A stretch of DNA of 64,000 nucleotides from Spirochaetota bacterium (GCA_029974015.1 JARKUF010000009.1:1167-65166); one strand, 5' to 3'; counted from the first letter of the stretch, positions 36,366 to 46,944 are shown. The notes: generated by a model from the letters alone, not told the origin. Made by a program: numbers and translations.

Positions 36366-37465
36366 CGTTCCCGGCTCCATGTTTCGATGAGGGACATTAC
36401 TTCTTCCCGCACGGCCCTTATCACTTCCCCGCGGGTAATTTTTCCTTTACGCTCTCCCCGCGCAAAAAGGAGAAAATTCCCGCTTCTGGCCCCGGCAACA
36501 CCTACGTGGGCGTGGGACGCCTCGCCCGGTCCGTTCACCTCGCAGCCCATTATCGCGACAACCAATTCCCTGCCCAGAGCGCGCAATACGTCGGAAAACT
36601 CATTCGCGATCGCGTTTTCCACTTCCCGGGCAATTTCTTCGAGATTCACGGAGGGGCCGGTACGCCCGCAGGTTGGACAGGCGATTATGCGTAGAGGTTC
36701 AAGGCGCTCGCCAATGGACGCGAGTATCTTTTTCGCCACATGTATTTCCTCAATGGGGTCCCCTGTCATCGATACACGGACCGTATCGCCCAGCCCTTTT
36801 AAAAGAAGATGGCCTATGAGAATGGAGCTCTGCACCACGCAGGAAAGCCCATACCCGGCCTCGGTGAGGCCCACATGCAGGGGATACTCCTTCATATCGG
36901 AAAAAATTATGTTGGCTTCGGCCGTTAATAAAATGTCGGACGACTTGAGAGATACTACGATATCGTAGAAACCGCATTCCTCGAGTATTTCCACATGCTC
37001 CAAGGCCGAAGCGGCAAGGGCTTGGGCCGTCATTTCAGGATATTTGCGCCTGTCAAGAGAGCCGCCATTTACGCCTATTCGGATAGGGACCGAATGTTCC
37101 GTCGCGGCCCTTACGACCTCACGGACCCTGTCGACGCCGCCGATATTTCCAGGATTGATGCGTATCTTGTCGATTCCGCATTCTATGGCCCCGATGGCAA
37201 GACGGTGGTTGAAATGAATATCGGCCGAAAGAGGGACATCGACGGATTCCCTTACTTTTTTTAAGGGCCCCAGGGCGGCCTCATTCAACACGGCCAGGCG
37301 CACAAGCTGGGCCCCCTCTCTGTGGAGCCGGTTGATCTGGTCAATGGTGGCGTCTATGTTTTCGAGCGGAACGCTGGTCATGGTCTGGATGGAAACCGGA
37401 GCGTCGCCGCCTATACAAAGTCCGCGCACCAGGGCGGGACGGGTTTTTTTTCTGTATGTTCGCAT
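36362..37465 (-). CDS. ispG: 4-hydroxy-3-methylbut-2-enyl diphosphate synthase IspG (GcpE)
   Basis: GcpE TIM-barrel motifs and the C-terminal CPTCGR Fe-S cysteines. The start is refined to MRTYRKKTRPALV. Confidence 0.9.
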   Translation of the reverse strand: MRTYRKKTRPALVRGLCIGGDAPVSIQTMTSVPLENIDATIDQINRLHREGAQLVRLAVLNEAALGPLKKVRESVDVPLSADIHFNHRLAIGAIECGIDKIRINPGNIGGVDRVREVVRAATEHSVPIRIGVNGGSLDRRKYPEMTAQALAASALEHVEILEECGFYDIVVSLKSSDILLTAEANIIFSDMKEYPLHVGLTEAGYGLSCVVQSSILIGHLLLKGLGDTVRVSMTGDPIEEIHVAKKILASIGERLEPLRIIACPTCGRTGPSVNLEEIAREVENAIANEFSDVLRALGRELVVAIMGCEVNGPGEASHAHVGVAGARSGNFLLFARGERKGKITRGEVIRAVREEVMSLIETWSRER

Positions 37466-37671
37466 GGAAAAATCGCGCCTGTCGGTATAGTTTCTGTACA
37501 TCCAAGGGTATAATTAGGCAAGGATTTTTTGGAAGATATCTTTGAATATATGGTCCCAGAAAGGCGCGATACCGCCGGGAAGCGAGCTGTCAGCCAACGC
37601 GCCCCCGGCACAGCGCCTCCGACGCAAAAAGAACTTGATCTCCGGCGTTCGCTTTTGTATCATGCTGCATC

Positions 37672-38241
37672 GTGATAAAGAATTCCTTGTACCATTATAA
37701 ATCCTCGCCTGTATATGTTAAAGTCCGCCTTTTCGTGGCGGCTTGTATCATCCTGTGTTCTTTTTCTTCCGCATTCGGAGAAGATGGCGCGGATGGCAAT
37801 GGAAAGAAAGCGCGGGAAAGCAATTTCCTTGGCATGGAACTCCTTGCCCGGCGCGACTTCAAAGGGGCCGAACGGCATTTTGCGTACGCAATATCCCTCA
37901 ATCCGGAAATTAAGTTTTATTATAACAATATCGCCGTTGCGCTGATGAACCAGAAGAATTACTCAGATGCGGTAGATAATTTAGAAAAGGCCATTCTGCT
38001 CGATCCCTTCTATACCAGGGCCCTGTCGAATTTGGCCATCAGCTATTTTCATCTTTCCTGTTACAGGCAAGCTTTTTATTATTATCAGCGCGCCTCAAAG
38101 GCCGATCGGCCATATACGGAAAAAAGGTTTGATCTGAAAAAAATAGTATCGGGCATGGAAAAGCTGCACAGGGGCAATCCGAAAGACGCAACATTAAAAT
38201 CCATCCTAAATCGGGTAAGAAACATCGAAAGCCTCCCCTGA
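37672..38241 (+). CDS. TPR-repeat protein with N-terminal signal/TM segment
   Basis: TPR-like helices (ALSNLAISYFHLSCYRQAFYYYQRA). Confidence 0.55.
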   Translation: MIKNSLYHYKSSPVYVKVRLFVAACIILCSFSSAFGEDGADGNGKKARESNFLGMELLARRDFKGAERHFAYAISLNPEIKFYYNNIAVALMNQKNYSDAVDNLEKAILLDPFYTRALSNLAISYFHLSCYRQAFYYYQRASKADRPYTEKRFDLKKIVSGMEKLHRGNPKDATLKSILNRVRNIESLP

Positions 38242-38253
38242 ACCCCTTCCTTA

Positions 38254-38862
38254 CTACCGCGAGCTCATATCTTCCGGGTAATTGATATTGTGGAATACCT
38301 CCCGAGGGGTAACAATTTCGGATATTTCTTTTTCGTCTATTTTTCTTACCCGTACCTCGGAAAAAAAGCTTATTATTCTTCTTCTGCCCTCTTCCATAAC
38401 ACGGGCGATATGAGCGGCACATCGACGTGAATATACCGCGTGGAGCGCTTCAAACTCGCCGTTTATTACTGGTACAGTCACATCAAAGCACTCCGACTCA
38501 TTCACCATGTACCGGACCAGTCCTTCGTGAAGTCCGGGCATATCGCCCCCGACAATGAAGGAGCGGTCATTTTTTGAATGTTCCAGGGCCGTAAAGATGC
38601 CCCCAATGGGGCCCGCACCAGTCACGATGTCTGAATGCCAGGGAAGTTCAAGAAAAGAGAAACGCTCACCTCCATCGGCTATGATGGCAACATGTTCGAA
38701 AGTCGAGGTCAGAATATCAGCAACATGACGTATAAGCGGCTTTCCGAGATAAAGATGCATGAGCTTGTCACTTCCAAAGCGCCTGCTCTTGCCGCCGGCC
38801 ACGATAAACGCCGAGACATCGCGTATCTTATCTTTGGCATTAATCCTTGACATCATCCGCAA
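38254..38862 (-). CDS. mobA: molybdenum cofactor guanylyltransferase MobA
   Basis: LAGGKSRRFGSDKL nucleotide-binding motif. Confidence 0.8.
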   Translation of the reverse strand: MRMMSRINAKDKIRDVSAFIVAGGKSRRFGSDKLMHLYLGKPLIRHVADILTSTFEHVAIIADGGERFSFLELPWHSDIVTGAGPIGGIFTALEHSKNDRSFIVGGDMPGLHEGLVRYMVNESECFDVTVPVINGEFEALHAVYSRRCAAHIARVMEEGRRRIISFFSEVRVRKIDEKEISEIVTPREVFHNINYPEDMSSR

Positions 38863-38877
38863 ACTCTTAAATTATAT

Positions 38878-38965
38878 GGCAATCTAAAAATGTTTGGTTT
38901 CCCGCACGCCCTCGGCGGGCATGAAAACATGGTTTTTGCGACAACCCTTTAGGTTGATTTTTCCA
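38878..38965 (+). repeat. MITE-like repeat, degenerate copy between mobA and mobB
   Basis: ggcaatctaaaaatgtttgg-TTTCCCGCACGCCCTCGGCGGGCATGAAAAC-... The left terminus and GC hairpin are recognisable. The remainder has decayed. Confidence 0.5.
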
Positions 38966-38977
38966 GAGTATCAAAAC

Positions 38978-39490
38978 ATGGCAACGACTAAATTTCCGCC
39001 GCTCATCGCATTCACGGGCCGTTCCGGTTCCGGGAAGACGACCATCATTGAGAAATTGACTGCCCTCTGCGCCGGGCGAGGGCTTCGTGTCGGCATAGTG
39101 AAACACATGCGTCACGAATTCGATATCGACCATCCAGGAAAGGACACGTACCGCTACATGTCCTCGGGCGCCGCCGTAAGGTCTATAACCAACGGCACCT
39201 CCATCGCCATTATGGCCGACGGCATTGACGGGCTTTCCCCGTTGGATGCGGCCCCGCATCTTTTCGCCGCCTGCGATCTGGTGATCATCGAGGGACAGAA
39301 GGAAGGGGCATATCCGAAAATCGAGGTGATAGGCGATTCCACCGAGGCGCCGCTGCACCTATCCGGCGTGGAAAATATCGTGGCCCTTGCATGTGACCGA
39401 GACATCGAAACGTCCCTGCCGCTTTTTAGAAGGGACGACATCGTCCCCCTGTTGAATTTCATTTCCCGCCTTACGGGCCTTACTCCCTGA
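38978..39490 (+). CDS. mobB: molybdopterin-guanine dinucleotide biosynthesis adapter MobB
   Basis: Walker A GRSGSGKTT. The start is refined to MATTKFPPLIAF. Confidence 0.8.
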   Translation: MATTKFPPLIAFTGRSGSGKTTIIEKLTALCAGRGLRVGIVKHMRHEFDIDHPGKDTYRYMSSGAAVRSITNGTSIAIMADGIDGLSPLDAAPHLFAACDLVIIEGQKEGAYPKIEVIGDSTEAPLHLSGVENIVALACDRDIETSLPLFRRDDIVPLLNFISRLTGLTP

Positions 39491-41888
39491 GAAGGGCGAT
39501 GGTGACGCCGTCTCCCCCTTCCCCATAATCACCTGGCCTAAAATCCATCGCGTAAGAAGAAAACCGAAGTGCGCTCCTCACGGCTTCCTTCAGTGCCCCC
39601 GTTCCATGACCGTGGATTATGACGGCGCTATGGATGCCGCTTCGAACCATGGAATCCAGAGAAGAGTTCATAAGCTCTACTGCCTCATCGGCCCTCATTC
39701 CTCGCAGGTCGATAGTATTGTAGCTCGTCTGGATGGTAAGGGGAACGAATTTGCCGCTATTCTCAAGATGCGCCTTGCTTTTCCTTTCAGATATTTTTTT
39801 CTTTTTCGCGGGAACAGCGGGAAGCATGAGATCGTCGAAGGAATGGCGCGATTTCATGGCGTTTCCCAAAAGCACGAAAACGGCGCCCTGCCTCTCGTCG
39901 ACACTCTCTATTATGCATTCCAAATCCAGGGATACTACGAAGGCGGCGTCCCCGGGGCCCGCCAGGGACGGATCAAATGGGCGATAGATATCCGCAAGCT
40001 GCCGGGCTTTCGTTTTCTCTATGTCCTTCCGGAGCGTTTTCTCCATCTCGTCAGCTTCCAGGCGTATCTCCCCCAGACGCCGCATATCGGCTTCTCTTAT
40101 TTCACGGGCCCGTTCCGAAAGCTTCCTGCGCAGTTCCGCCATTTCGGCGAAAAGTTCCTTCCCCCTGGCGGACTTCATCTCGGCTTCCATGGAACGGAGC
40201 CTGCGCTTTCCCTCTTCGATGTCATGCTTCTCCCGTTCCAGTTCTTTCTTCAGATTAATGATGAGATCCCGTTCGCGGTGAAGCTCTTCGTCGAGCCGAT
40301 GGACCTTTTCCAATAACGCCTCCGAAGAAAGCTCCGTTTCACCCAAAAGCGACCGGGCCCTTTCAGTGACGTTGCTCGGCATACCATAAAGGCCCGCGAT
40401 TTCTATTGCGTGGCTTGACCCTGGTATTCCGGGCATAAGCCGGTAGGTGGGCTCGAAAGTTTCGGGATCGAAAGAAACCGAGGCGTTCCGGAACCTCGGA
40501 TCGGATGAAGCGAGGTTTTTTAATTCAGGATAATGGGTCGTGGCGAAGATGAGCGCTCCGGTCTCCGCTAACATTTCCAGAATGGCCCGGGCAAGGGCGG
40601 CGCCCTGCCGGGGATTGGTCCCCACCACAATCTCGTCCACCAGGACCAGGCTTTTTCCGTCGGCATTTTCCAGCATTTCGCGAAGGGCCACTATTTGGCC
40701 TGAAAACGTCGACAGGGACCGGGATAGGTTCTGGTCGTCACCGATATCCGCATAAACACCGTCGAATAGCGCAATTCTTGAATCGGGGCCGGCTGGAATA
40801 TGAAGCCCGTGCTTCGCCAAAAGCGAACAAAGCCCTATGGTTTTTAGAAGTACCGTTTTGCCTCCCGTGTTTGCACCAGTCACGAGCATGCATCGAGCGT
40901 TTTTTCCAAGCCTCACTGTATTTGGCACCACGGCATCCGGGTCCATTAGATGAAGCAGGGGGTGGCGAACATCAATGAGGTCCACCTCATTGGAAGCGAT
41001 CAGCTCCGGCGCATTGCCCCGGACAGCTTCGCTAAAACGCGAAGCTGCATTCAAAAAGTCAAGTTGCGCCAGGGCCGCCTGGTTGGCTTCGAGACCGGCG
41101 GCATTGGCGCCCACCTTTTTTGAAAGCGCGGCAAGTATCTTTACGGTTTCCGCCTTTAGATCATGCTCCTTCATCACCATCCGATTATTGATATCGGTAA
41201 TGGCGTCGGGCTCCACATACAGGGTGGCCTCGCTGGCCGATACGTCGTGGACGGTCCCTTTGATTTTTCCGCGAAAAGAAGCTTTCACCAGAAGCACATA
41301 ACGATCACCACGCGTGGTGAAGACTTTTTCCTGTAGATACGTAGAGATCGAAGGCGAATGAATCATCGCCTTCAGTTGTTTTTCGATCTCGGAGCGAAGC
41401 GACGCAATTTCCGCCTCTATGGACCCAAGCCTCGGGTATGCGGAACGGCTCAGGGCCCCCGAATCAGTAAGGGACTTTCCAAGAAGCTCCGTAAGCTCGT
41501 TTAGAGGGTCGAGGGCACCGGAATCGCCGCCCAGCACGGGATAGTGTTCCCTGTGTGATTTTAAGAAATTCCTTATTCTGCGGGATGCTGTAAGAAAATT
41601 GCTAACTTCATAAAGGTCGGGGAGGGAAATGGTCCCTCCCTTGCGCGCCAGCTTGACTGAACCGGTGATATCAATGAAACCGGAAAAATCGGGAACATCA
41701 TGTTCCAGGAGGCGGATATTTTTAAAATCGGTGATTTTTTGAAGGCGTTTCGAGGCGGAACCGAGTTCCACGGGCTCCAGGTCCCTTGCAAAAACCACAC
41801 CGGGACCCGTATCGCACCGTGAAGCAAGATGGTCGAGTACTCCGTCCCACTCCAGGGCTTCCAGGACTTTTTTTGATAAATGCCGCAC
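39480..41888 (-). CDS. mutS2: endonuclease MutS2 (MutS domain + C-terminal Smr)
   Basis: Walker A GANTGGKT in the MutS ATPase and a C-terminal Smr domain (LRGMRADEA...HGHGTGALK). Confidence 0.9.
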   Translation of the reverse strand: MRHLSKKVLEALEWDGVLDHLASRCDTGPGVVFARDLEPVELGSASKRLQKITDFKNIRLLEHDVPDFSGFIDITGSVKLARKGGTISLPDLYEVSNFLTASRRIRNFLKSHREHYPVLGGDSGALDPLNELTELLGKSLTDSGALSRSAYPRLGSIEAEIASLRSEIEKQLKAMIHSPSISTYLQEKVFTTRGDRYVLLVKASFRGKIKGTVHDVSASEATLYVEPDAITDINNRMVMKEHDLKAETVKILAALSKKVGANAAGLEANQAALAQLDFLNAASRFSEAVRGNAPELIASNEVDLIDVRHPLLHLMDPDAVVPNTVRLGKNARCMLVTGANTGGKTVLLKTIGLCSLLAKHGLHIPAGPDSRIALFDGVYADIGDDQNLSRSLSTFSGQIVALREMLENADGKSLVLVDEIVVGTNPRQGAALARAILEMLAETGALIFATTHYPELKNLASSDPRFRNASVSFDPETFEPTYRLMPGIPGSSHAIEIAGLYGMPSNVTERARSLLGETELSSEALLEKVHRLDEELHRERDLIINLKKELEREKHDIEEGKRRLRSMEAEMKSARGKELFAEMAELRRKLSERAREIREADMRRLGEIRLEADEMEKTLRKDIEKTKARQLADIYRPFDPSLAGPGDAAFVVSLDLECIIESVDERQGAVFVLLGNAMKSRHSFDDLMLPAVPAKKKKISERKSKAHLENSGKFVPLTIQTSYNTIDLRGMRADEAVELMNSSLDSMVRSGIHSAVIIHGHGTGALKEAVRSALRFSSYAMDFRPGDYGEGGDGVTIALLRE

Positions 41889-41983
41889 CCAGCACTCCCT
41901 CTTCTACTTTTGAGCATCTCTTCGGGCCGGGCAGTGTCAAGTGTAAATTCTTCTTGGCTTTTTACGTCGCGCTTTCTTGATAT

Positions 41984-43051
41984 CTACTCCTCCCAGTCCC
42001 AGAAAAAATCTTTGTTTGTGAGCTCCTTCTCCGGCTCCCTCGTTTCTTCTCCGGGAAGTCTTGTTGAAAAAACGCTTCCGCTACCGTGGATTAATTCGAG
42101 CTGGTCCTCCAGGTCCGCCGTCTGCTCCTCCCAGTACTGGACAGAGCCGAAATGGGGAAATGCCGCGGGGAAAGCCGGGTCGTCCCATCGTGCGGCTATC
42201 CAGGAGGCGTACCTGATATACCGGAGCGACCTAAGGGGCTCCACGAGGCGAAGCCATGAATCATCAAAATCCCGAAAAACCCGATAGGCGTCAAGCATCA
42301 GGGTACGCTGGCGCAAACCCTCTTCATCACAGGCCGGAGCGAGCATCCAGAGGTCCTGGACAGCCGGCCCGGTAAGAAAATCATCGAAGTCAAGAAAAAA
42401 ATACCCCTCCCTGCCATGGAGGAGGTTTCCCAGGTGACAATCCCCGTGGATGCGGTGAACAGGGACGTTCCCGGCCAAGGCGTCGTATATCTCCACGATC
42501 TCCCTCACCGCTGCGGCATACCGGTCCCGACAATGGGAGGGCAGTAAATTTCTTTCAAGCAGAAACTCCAGGGGCCGAAGTCCGTACGTCTCCCCCGTGA
42601 GGGCGATACGGTGACGCGCCGGCTTCGCGGCGCCATTGTTATGGATGCGGGCGAGAAGGCGTCCGAGAGACTGCAGTTGAGCGTCGGAAAGCTCGTCGGG
42701 AACTCTGCCTCCTGTGCGCGGCCAAATGGCGTAGTAAATCCCCTTTGTTTCATGGAGCGTTTCGCCATCGGAAAATTGCACAGGAGCGCATACGGGAATT
42801 TCATCGTCCTTTAAATCAAAGAGAAATTCGTGCTCCTCTAAAATCTGCTCCCGAGACCAACGTCCCGGCCTGTAAAATTTCCCAATTACATGGGAGCCAT
42901 CCTCAAGACGCAAGTCGTAAACCCGGTTTTCGTAACTGTTTAGGGCCATGCAATGGCCCGTGGGCTCGTACCCGCTTTCTTCGACCGCTTTCAGGATGAT
43001 ATCCGGCGTAAGCTGGAAAAAAAAGTTACTCATTTCACAAAAGCTCTTCAA
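41984..43051 (-). CDS. RdoA/SrkA (YihE)-like Ser/Thr protein kinase / phosphotransferase-fold protein
   Basis: Kinase-like catalytic motifs (HRIHGDCHLGNLL and LDFDD). Confidence 0.7.
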   Translation of the reverse strand: MKSFCEMSNFFFQLTPDIILKAVEESGYEPTGHCMALNSYENRVYDLRLEDGSHVIGKFYRPGRWSREQILEEHEFLFDLKDDEIPVCAPVQFSDGETLHETKGIYYAIWPRTGGRVPDELSDAQLQSLGRLLARIHNNGAAKPARHRIALTGETYGLRPLEFLLERNLLPSHCRDRYAAAVREIVEIYDALAGNVPVHRIHGDCHLGNLLHGREGYFFLDFDDFLTGPAVQDLWMLAPACDEEGLRQRTLMLDAYRVFRDFDDSWLRLVEPLRSLRYIRYASWIAARWDDPAFPAAFPHFGSVQYWEEQTADLEDQLELIHGSGSVFSTRLPGEETREPEKELTNKDFFWDWEE

Positions 43052-43109
43052 ACGCCGAAGGCGAGGCAGAATGCCTCGCCTTCACGCTAATCATTTTAAA
43101 CAAGATTAT

Positions 43110-44159
43110 TTACGACTCCTGGCGGGGGCTTCTCTTCTTCCACCAGAGAAAGTAACCGGCAGCACAGCCTCCTCCAAGAACCAGCAATATAAGGGGAATA
43201 ATCCAGAACAAAGCGTTCGGAGATTCGTCAAGATTACGGTAATGCAACTGCTCCGTCGCGGCGGCATTTTCATCGAGGTCCTTCGCGTCGACAGCGCCAG
43301 CCGCTTTGAGGAGCTTGAAAATTTCGGGACGGCTGTGGTTGATGGAGTATTTCACGATGGAATTGCCGAACTTGTCCTTTGCGTTCACATCGGCCTTCGC
43401 TTCGATTAGGGCCTTGGCGATCTCAGTATTGCCGCTGATCGTGGCCGCCATAAGAGGCGTCACGTAGGCCATAACGAGCTCATAATCTTTATCGTTGGTC
43501 TTGGCGTTTACATTGGCGCCTGCAGCGATGAGGGCCTTGGCTACATCGGTATGTCCTTTTTTCGCCGCTAAGATGAGGGGCGTTTCGCCGAAATCGTTGC
43601 TGATGTTAACATTCGCTCCCTTGGCCGAGAGAAGGCGCACCACATCGGCGTATCCCTTTTCAGCGGCCACCATAAGAGGCGTGGCCCCCCTGCCGCTGGG
43701 CTGGTTGACCCTGGCGCCTCTGTCGATAAGGTCATGGACGATATCTACATTACCGGTCTTTGTGGCGAGGTAGAGGGGCGTCACTCCTTCCTTGTTCGAC
43801 TGGTTGACGTTGGCGCCCTTCGCCGTCAGGAGGCGCACCACCTGAAGGTCCTGATTTTTAACCGCAAGGGAGAGGGCGGTTATGCCATATGTTTTATCGG
43901 TGGAGTTGACGTCGGCGCCCTTCGAAATGAGCAGTTCTACAATCTCCGCCAGCCCCCTGTGGGCCGCGAGGATAATCATCGTCGCATCATAATTGTCGGG
44001 ATCCCGGTGGTTCACACTGGCCCCTTCCTTCAGAGCTTCACTGACGCCCCTGAAGCTCCCTGCACGCACGGCGCGAAGCAGATCATCATTGGGCGACGCA
44101 AACGCGGAAATTGAAGCCAGTACTACAAACGCAATCATCATAGCTATAGTCTTTTTCAA
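43110..44159 (-). CDS. ankyrin-repeat protein with signal peptide and C-terminal TM anchor
   Basis: At least 6 ANK repeats (TALSLAVKNQDLQVVRLLTAKGANVN ...). Signal peptide LKKTIAMMIAFVVLASISAFA with a TTG start and SD GGAGG. C-terminal TM FWIIPLILLVLGGG. An alternative ATG start at 44180 lacks an SD. Confidence 0.7.
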   Translation of the reverse strand: MKKTIAMMIAFVVLASISAFASPNDDLLRAVRAGSFRGVSEALKEGASVNHRDPDNYDATMIILAAHRGLAEIVELLISKGADVNSTDKTYGITALSLAVKNQDLQVVRLLTAKGANVNQSNKEGVTPLYLATKTGNVDIVHDLIDRGARVNQPSGRGATPLMVAAEKGYADVVRLLSAKGANVNISNDFGETPLILAAKKGHTDVAKALIAAGANVNAKTNDKDYELVMAYVTPLMAATISGNTEIAKALIEAKADVNAKDKFGNSIVKYSINHSRPEIFKLLKAAGAVDAKDLDENAAATEQLHYRNLDESPNALFWIIPLILLVLGGGCAAGYFLWWKKRSPRQES

Positions 44160-44191
44160 AACAGTGCCTCCGGCATACAAAAAGAGATTAT

Positions 44192-44324
44192 GGGGAACCT
44201 CAAAAAATTATTTTTTTGAGGTTCCCATCGACTGTAACAACAGGTATAACTACTGGCATACTAAGGGCTTGGGTTTTCCCGCCCGCCGAAGGCGGGCGGG
44301 AAAACCCAAGTATTAGAGATTGCC
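44192..44324 (-). repeat. MITE-like repeat, copy 6 (full, reverse orientation)
   Basis: GGGGAACCTCAAAAAATTATTTTTTTGAGGTTCCC-atcgactgtaacaacaggtataactactggcatactaagggcttgg-GTTTTCCCGCCCGCCGAAGGCGGGCGGGAAAAC-ccaagtattagagattgcc. It is flanked by TATG/TATG. Confidence 0.9.
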
Positions 44325-44471
44325 TATGGTGTAATACCCGATTGGGGTTACATATCAGTCATCAGAGGGGATCGCCTGTATAATAAGGCTGATATGTCCG
44401 TTGGAAGTGCACATTAAATAAGATTATTATTTTGTCAATAAAATTACCTTGTCCGAGACAAACCCGATCGG

Positions 44472-45350
44472 TTAAATATCGAAGGTCTGCTTTTCCATGG
44501 CGGCATGCAGCTCCAGGGGGAAACCGCGGTCCTGTATCATCTGCCGATAGTGCAGAAGTATGTCATCAAGATCATCGTCGCTGCGCAGAGGTTCGTGGTG
44601 GAAAAAAAACAGCTTCTTCACCCCGGCACGAACCGCCATGTTGACCACATGGTGGGTGGTGCTGTGGCCCCATCCCCGCTTTGACTCATATTCCGATGGA
44701 AGATACTGTGAATCCGTGACCAGGGCATCGGCTCCCTTCACGAACTCCACAAGGCGCCGATTCAAATTCTCGACAAACTCTCCCATCTCGCCGTCTCCGT
44801 CTTTGTAGACATTATAATACGGCTCGTTGTCCCCCAGGTAGATGAAGGTTTTTCCGCCATAATGGACCTTGTAGCCGAGGCACGCCACGGGATGGTTTAG
44901 AGTGATCGATTCAATTGTAAAGTTTCCTATAGTGAAGCTGTCCTGCTCAATCTGGTGATAGCTGATTTCCGCCTGAAGCTCCACGGTGCGCACAGGGAAG
45001 TAGCTGTACTTCATCTGGCCGCTCAGGATGTCCTCCAGGGACATCTCCACGGTGCCGGGCCCGTAGATCGCGACACGGTTCCCCGGGATGTAGATGGGGG
45101 TAAAAAAAGGGATCCCGTTGATATGGTCCCAGTGTGGATGGGAGATGAGGATTGTGATATCATGCTTCTTTGAAAGATCGAGGGATTCGCCGAGGACCCG
45201 CAATCCCGTTCCCGCGTCGAAAATGATCCAGTCCCCATCCTCCGATCGGATCTCAAGACAGGAGGTGTTCCCTCCGTACCGCATGGTAGATGGGCCGGGT
45301 ACAGGAATGGAACCGCGTACTCCCCAAAATGTGACTTTCAGCCATCCCAT
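44472..45350 (-). CDS. MBL-fold metallo-hydrolase
   Basis: HxHxDH motif ISHPHWDH. Confidence 0.75.
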   Translation of the reverse strand: MGWLKVTFWGVRGSIPVPGPSTMRYGGNTSCLEIRSEDGDWIIFDAGTGLRVLGESLDLSKKHDITILISHPHWDHINGIPFFTPIYIPGNRVAIYGPGTVEMSLEDILSGQMKYSYFPVRTVELQAEISYHQIEQDSFTIGNFTIESITLNHPVACLGYKVHYGGKTFIYLGDNEPYYNVYKDGDGEMGEFVENLNRRLVEFVKGADALVTDSQYLPSEYESKRGWGHSTTHHVVNMAVRAGVKKLFFFHHEPLRSDDDLDDILLHYRQMIQDRGFPLELHAAMEKQTFDI

Positions 45351-46198
45351 TATTTAAGAAAAAGCCTCGCCTTTTCAATTTCCTTGTTAATATCGGCCAG
45401 GGCCTCAAAGACCGCCTCTTCATTGAGGCCCAAAACCTTCCAGATTTCCTCAACGATGGGAGATATTCGATAATTTCCGCTGAAACCGACCTTTAAAATT
45501 TTCACAAAATTGTCGGCAATGCCCACCACCATGGAGAATATGGCCGACTGACCGGTGAGAACAGGCAGATGATGCCTTCCCACGGCATAGAGAAGATTGT
45601 TTTCAAATTTCCATTTTTTCCCGATGGCGATGCCAATCTCCTCATGGGAGAGTCCCAGGATGTTTTTTTCAATATCGGTGATGAGCGCGTTCTTCCGGGA
45701 GGATATCTCCAACACCTTCTTCATCTCTTCGGGAAAAAAATTATTTATGAGGATTTTTCCAATATCGTGAATAAGACCGGCGATAAAATATTCTTCAATA
45801 AATTTGTCCTCTACGCCGAGCCGCTTGGCAATCATCTTCGATGCGACCGCAACACCGAGGGAATGTTTCCAGAAGTCTTCGCCATCCAGGACGGTGCTAC
45901 CTTTCAGGTAGGACCTCCCGAGGAACGCCGATGAAATCGCGACGTTCTTGATGGTGTTGACGCCGAGCATCACTACGGCCTGCTTGAGTGACTTCACCTC
46001 CTGGGGCAGGCCAAAGTATGCCGAGTTGACCATGCGTATGACTTTCGCCGTAAGGACGGGGTCAAACTGGATGACGTCCGTAAGGTCCTGTGCGGAAGAA
46101 CGTACGTTATTCGCCACCTCGTTAATCTTGTGGATCACCGGCGAGAGGCTCGGCATCTTGTCAATAGACTCCTTGACCCTGTCAACCACGCTTTTCAT
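45350..46198 (-). CDS. HDOD-domain signalling protein
   Basis: HDOD-like helical domain (AGLIHDIGKILINNFF). Confidence 0.75.
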   Translation of the reverse strand: MKSVVDRVKESIDKMPSLSPVIHKINEVANNVRSSAQDLTDVIQFDPVLTAKVIRMVNSAYFGLPQEVKSLKQAVVMLGVNTIKNVAISSAFLGRSYLKGSTVLDGEDFWKHSLGVAVASKMIAKRLGVEDKFIEEYFIAGLIHDIGKILINNFFPEEMKKVLEISSRKNALITDIEKNILGLSHEEIGIAIGKKWKFENNLLYAVGRHHLPVLTGQSAIFSMVVGIADNFVKILKVGFSGNYRISPIVEEIWKVLGLNEEAVFEALADINKEIEKARLFLK

Positions 46199-46392
46199 TC
46201 AATTATAACGGTCCGAAAGAATCGATAAGGCTTTTATCGTTTATAATATGAATTTCCATGCTTCAAATTCAGTAGTTCAGCCAATACAGCACATCAAGAA
46301 CAATAAGCGCCCAGAAGAGGACGATGTAGGAAATTATCAGCCCGAGGAATACCATGCGGAGTCGTTTCAAGACCATGCGCTTCATTCCGGCA

Positions 46393-46758
46393 TCATTCAC
46401 GCTTGAGGACAATTTTACCCCGCATCACCCTGAAGGGCATTATTGTTTCATTCCGTTTTATCGACAGGAAAACCGCGGTCCCCGCTTTGCCGCGAAGCAA
46501 GTTTGTGACAATATGATCGTGCTTAAGTCCCTTGAGGTTTTTTCCGTCCACCGACTCAATGATATCGCCCGGTTTTAAACCCGCATCATGTCCAGTGCCC
46601 CCCTGGTAGACGGAGACGATGATATAAGGCCGTTCATCGGTAACAATTTCGTTCCCCGACGGGACTTCAATGCCGAGCCCGCCGAATTCTTCACCGGAAC
46701 ATCCGAAAATATACATTGCAAACATCATCACGGGGACAAATATTGCGAAAGGTCTCAT
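46393..46758 (-). CDS. small PDZ-domain lipoprotein
   Basis: Signal/lipobox MRPFAIFVPVMMFAMYIFGCSG, then a PDZ fold (GLKPGDIIESVDGKNL). Confidence 0.6.
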   Translation of the reverse strand: MRPFAIFVPVMMFAMYIFGCSGEEFGGLGIEVPSGNEIVTDERPYIIVSVYQGGTGHDAGLKPGDIIESVDGKNLKGLKHDHIVTNLLRGKAGTAVFLSIKRNETIMPFRVMRGKIVLKRE

Positions 46759-46811
46759 TGTTGACACCACCCTTGCCTGCGAAGCCAAATCGGTACAGAA
46801 TTTTGATTTTT

Positions 46812-46894
46812 GGCAGCCTCTAATTGCATGGTTTTCCCGCCCGCCGAAGGCAGACAGAAAAACCCAGGTGCCGAGTCTGTCAGTAATTACAATT
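46812..46894 (+). repeat. MITE-like repeat, partial copy 7 (left TIR, half-degenerate GC hairpin, core; no AT hairpin)
   Basis: ggcagcctctaattgcatgg-TTTTCCCGCCCGCCGAAGGCAGACAGAAAAA-cccaggtgccgagtctgtcagtaattacaatt. Confidence 0.75.
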
Positions 46895-46944
46895 ATTGTT
46901 CAAAACTGGGCCAATATGTCAAATATTTTCCATGATGATCAGAT

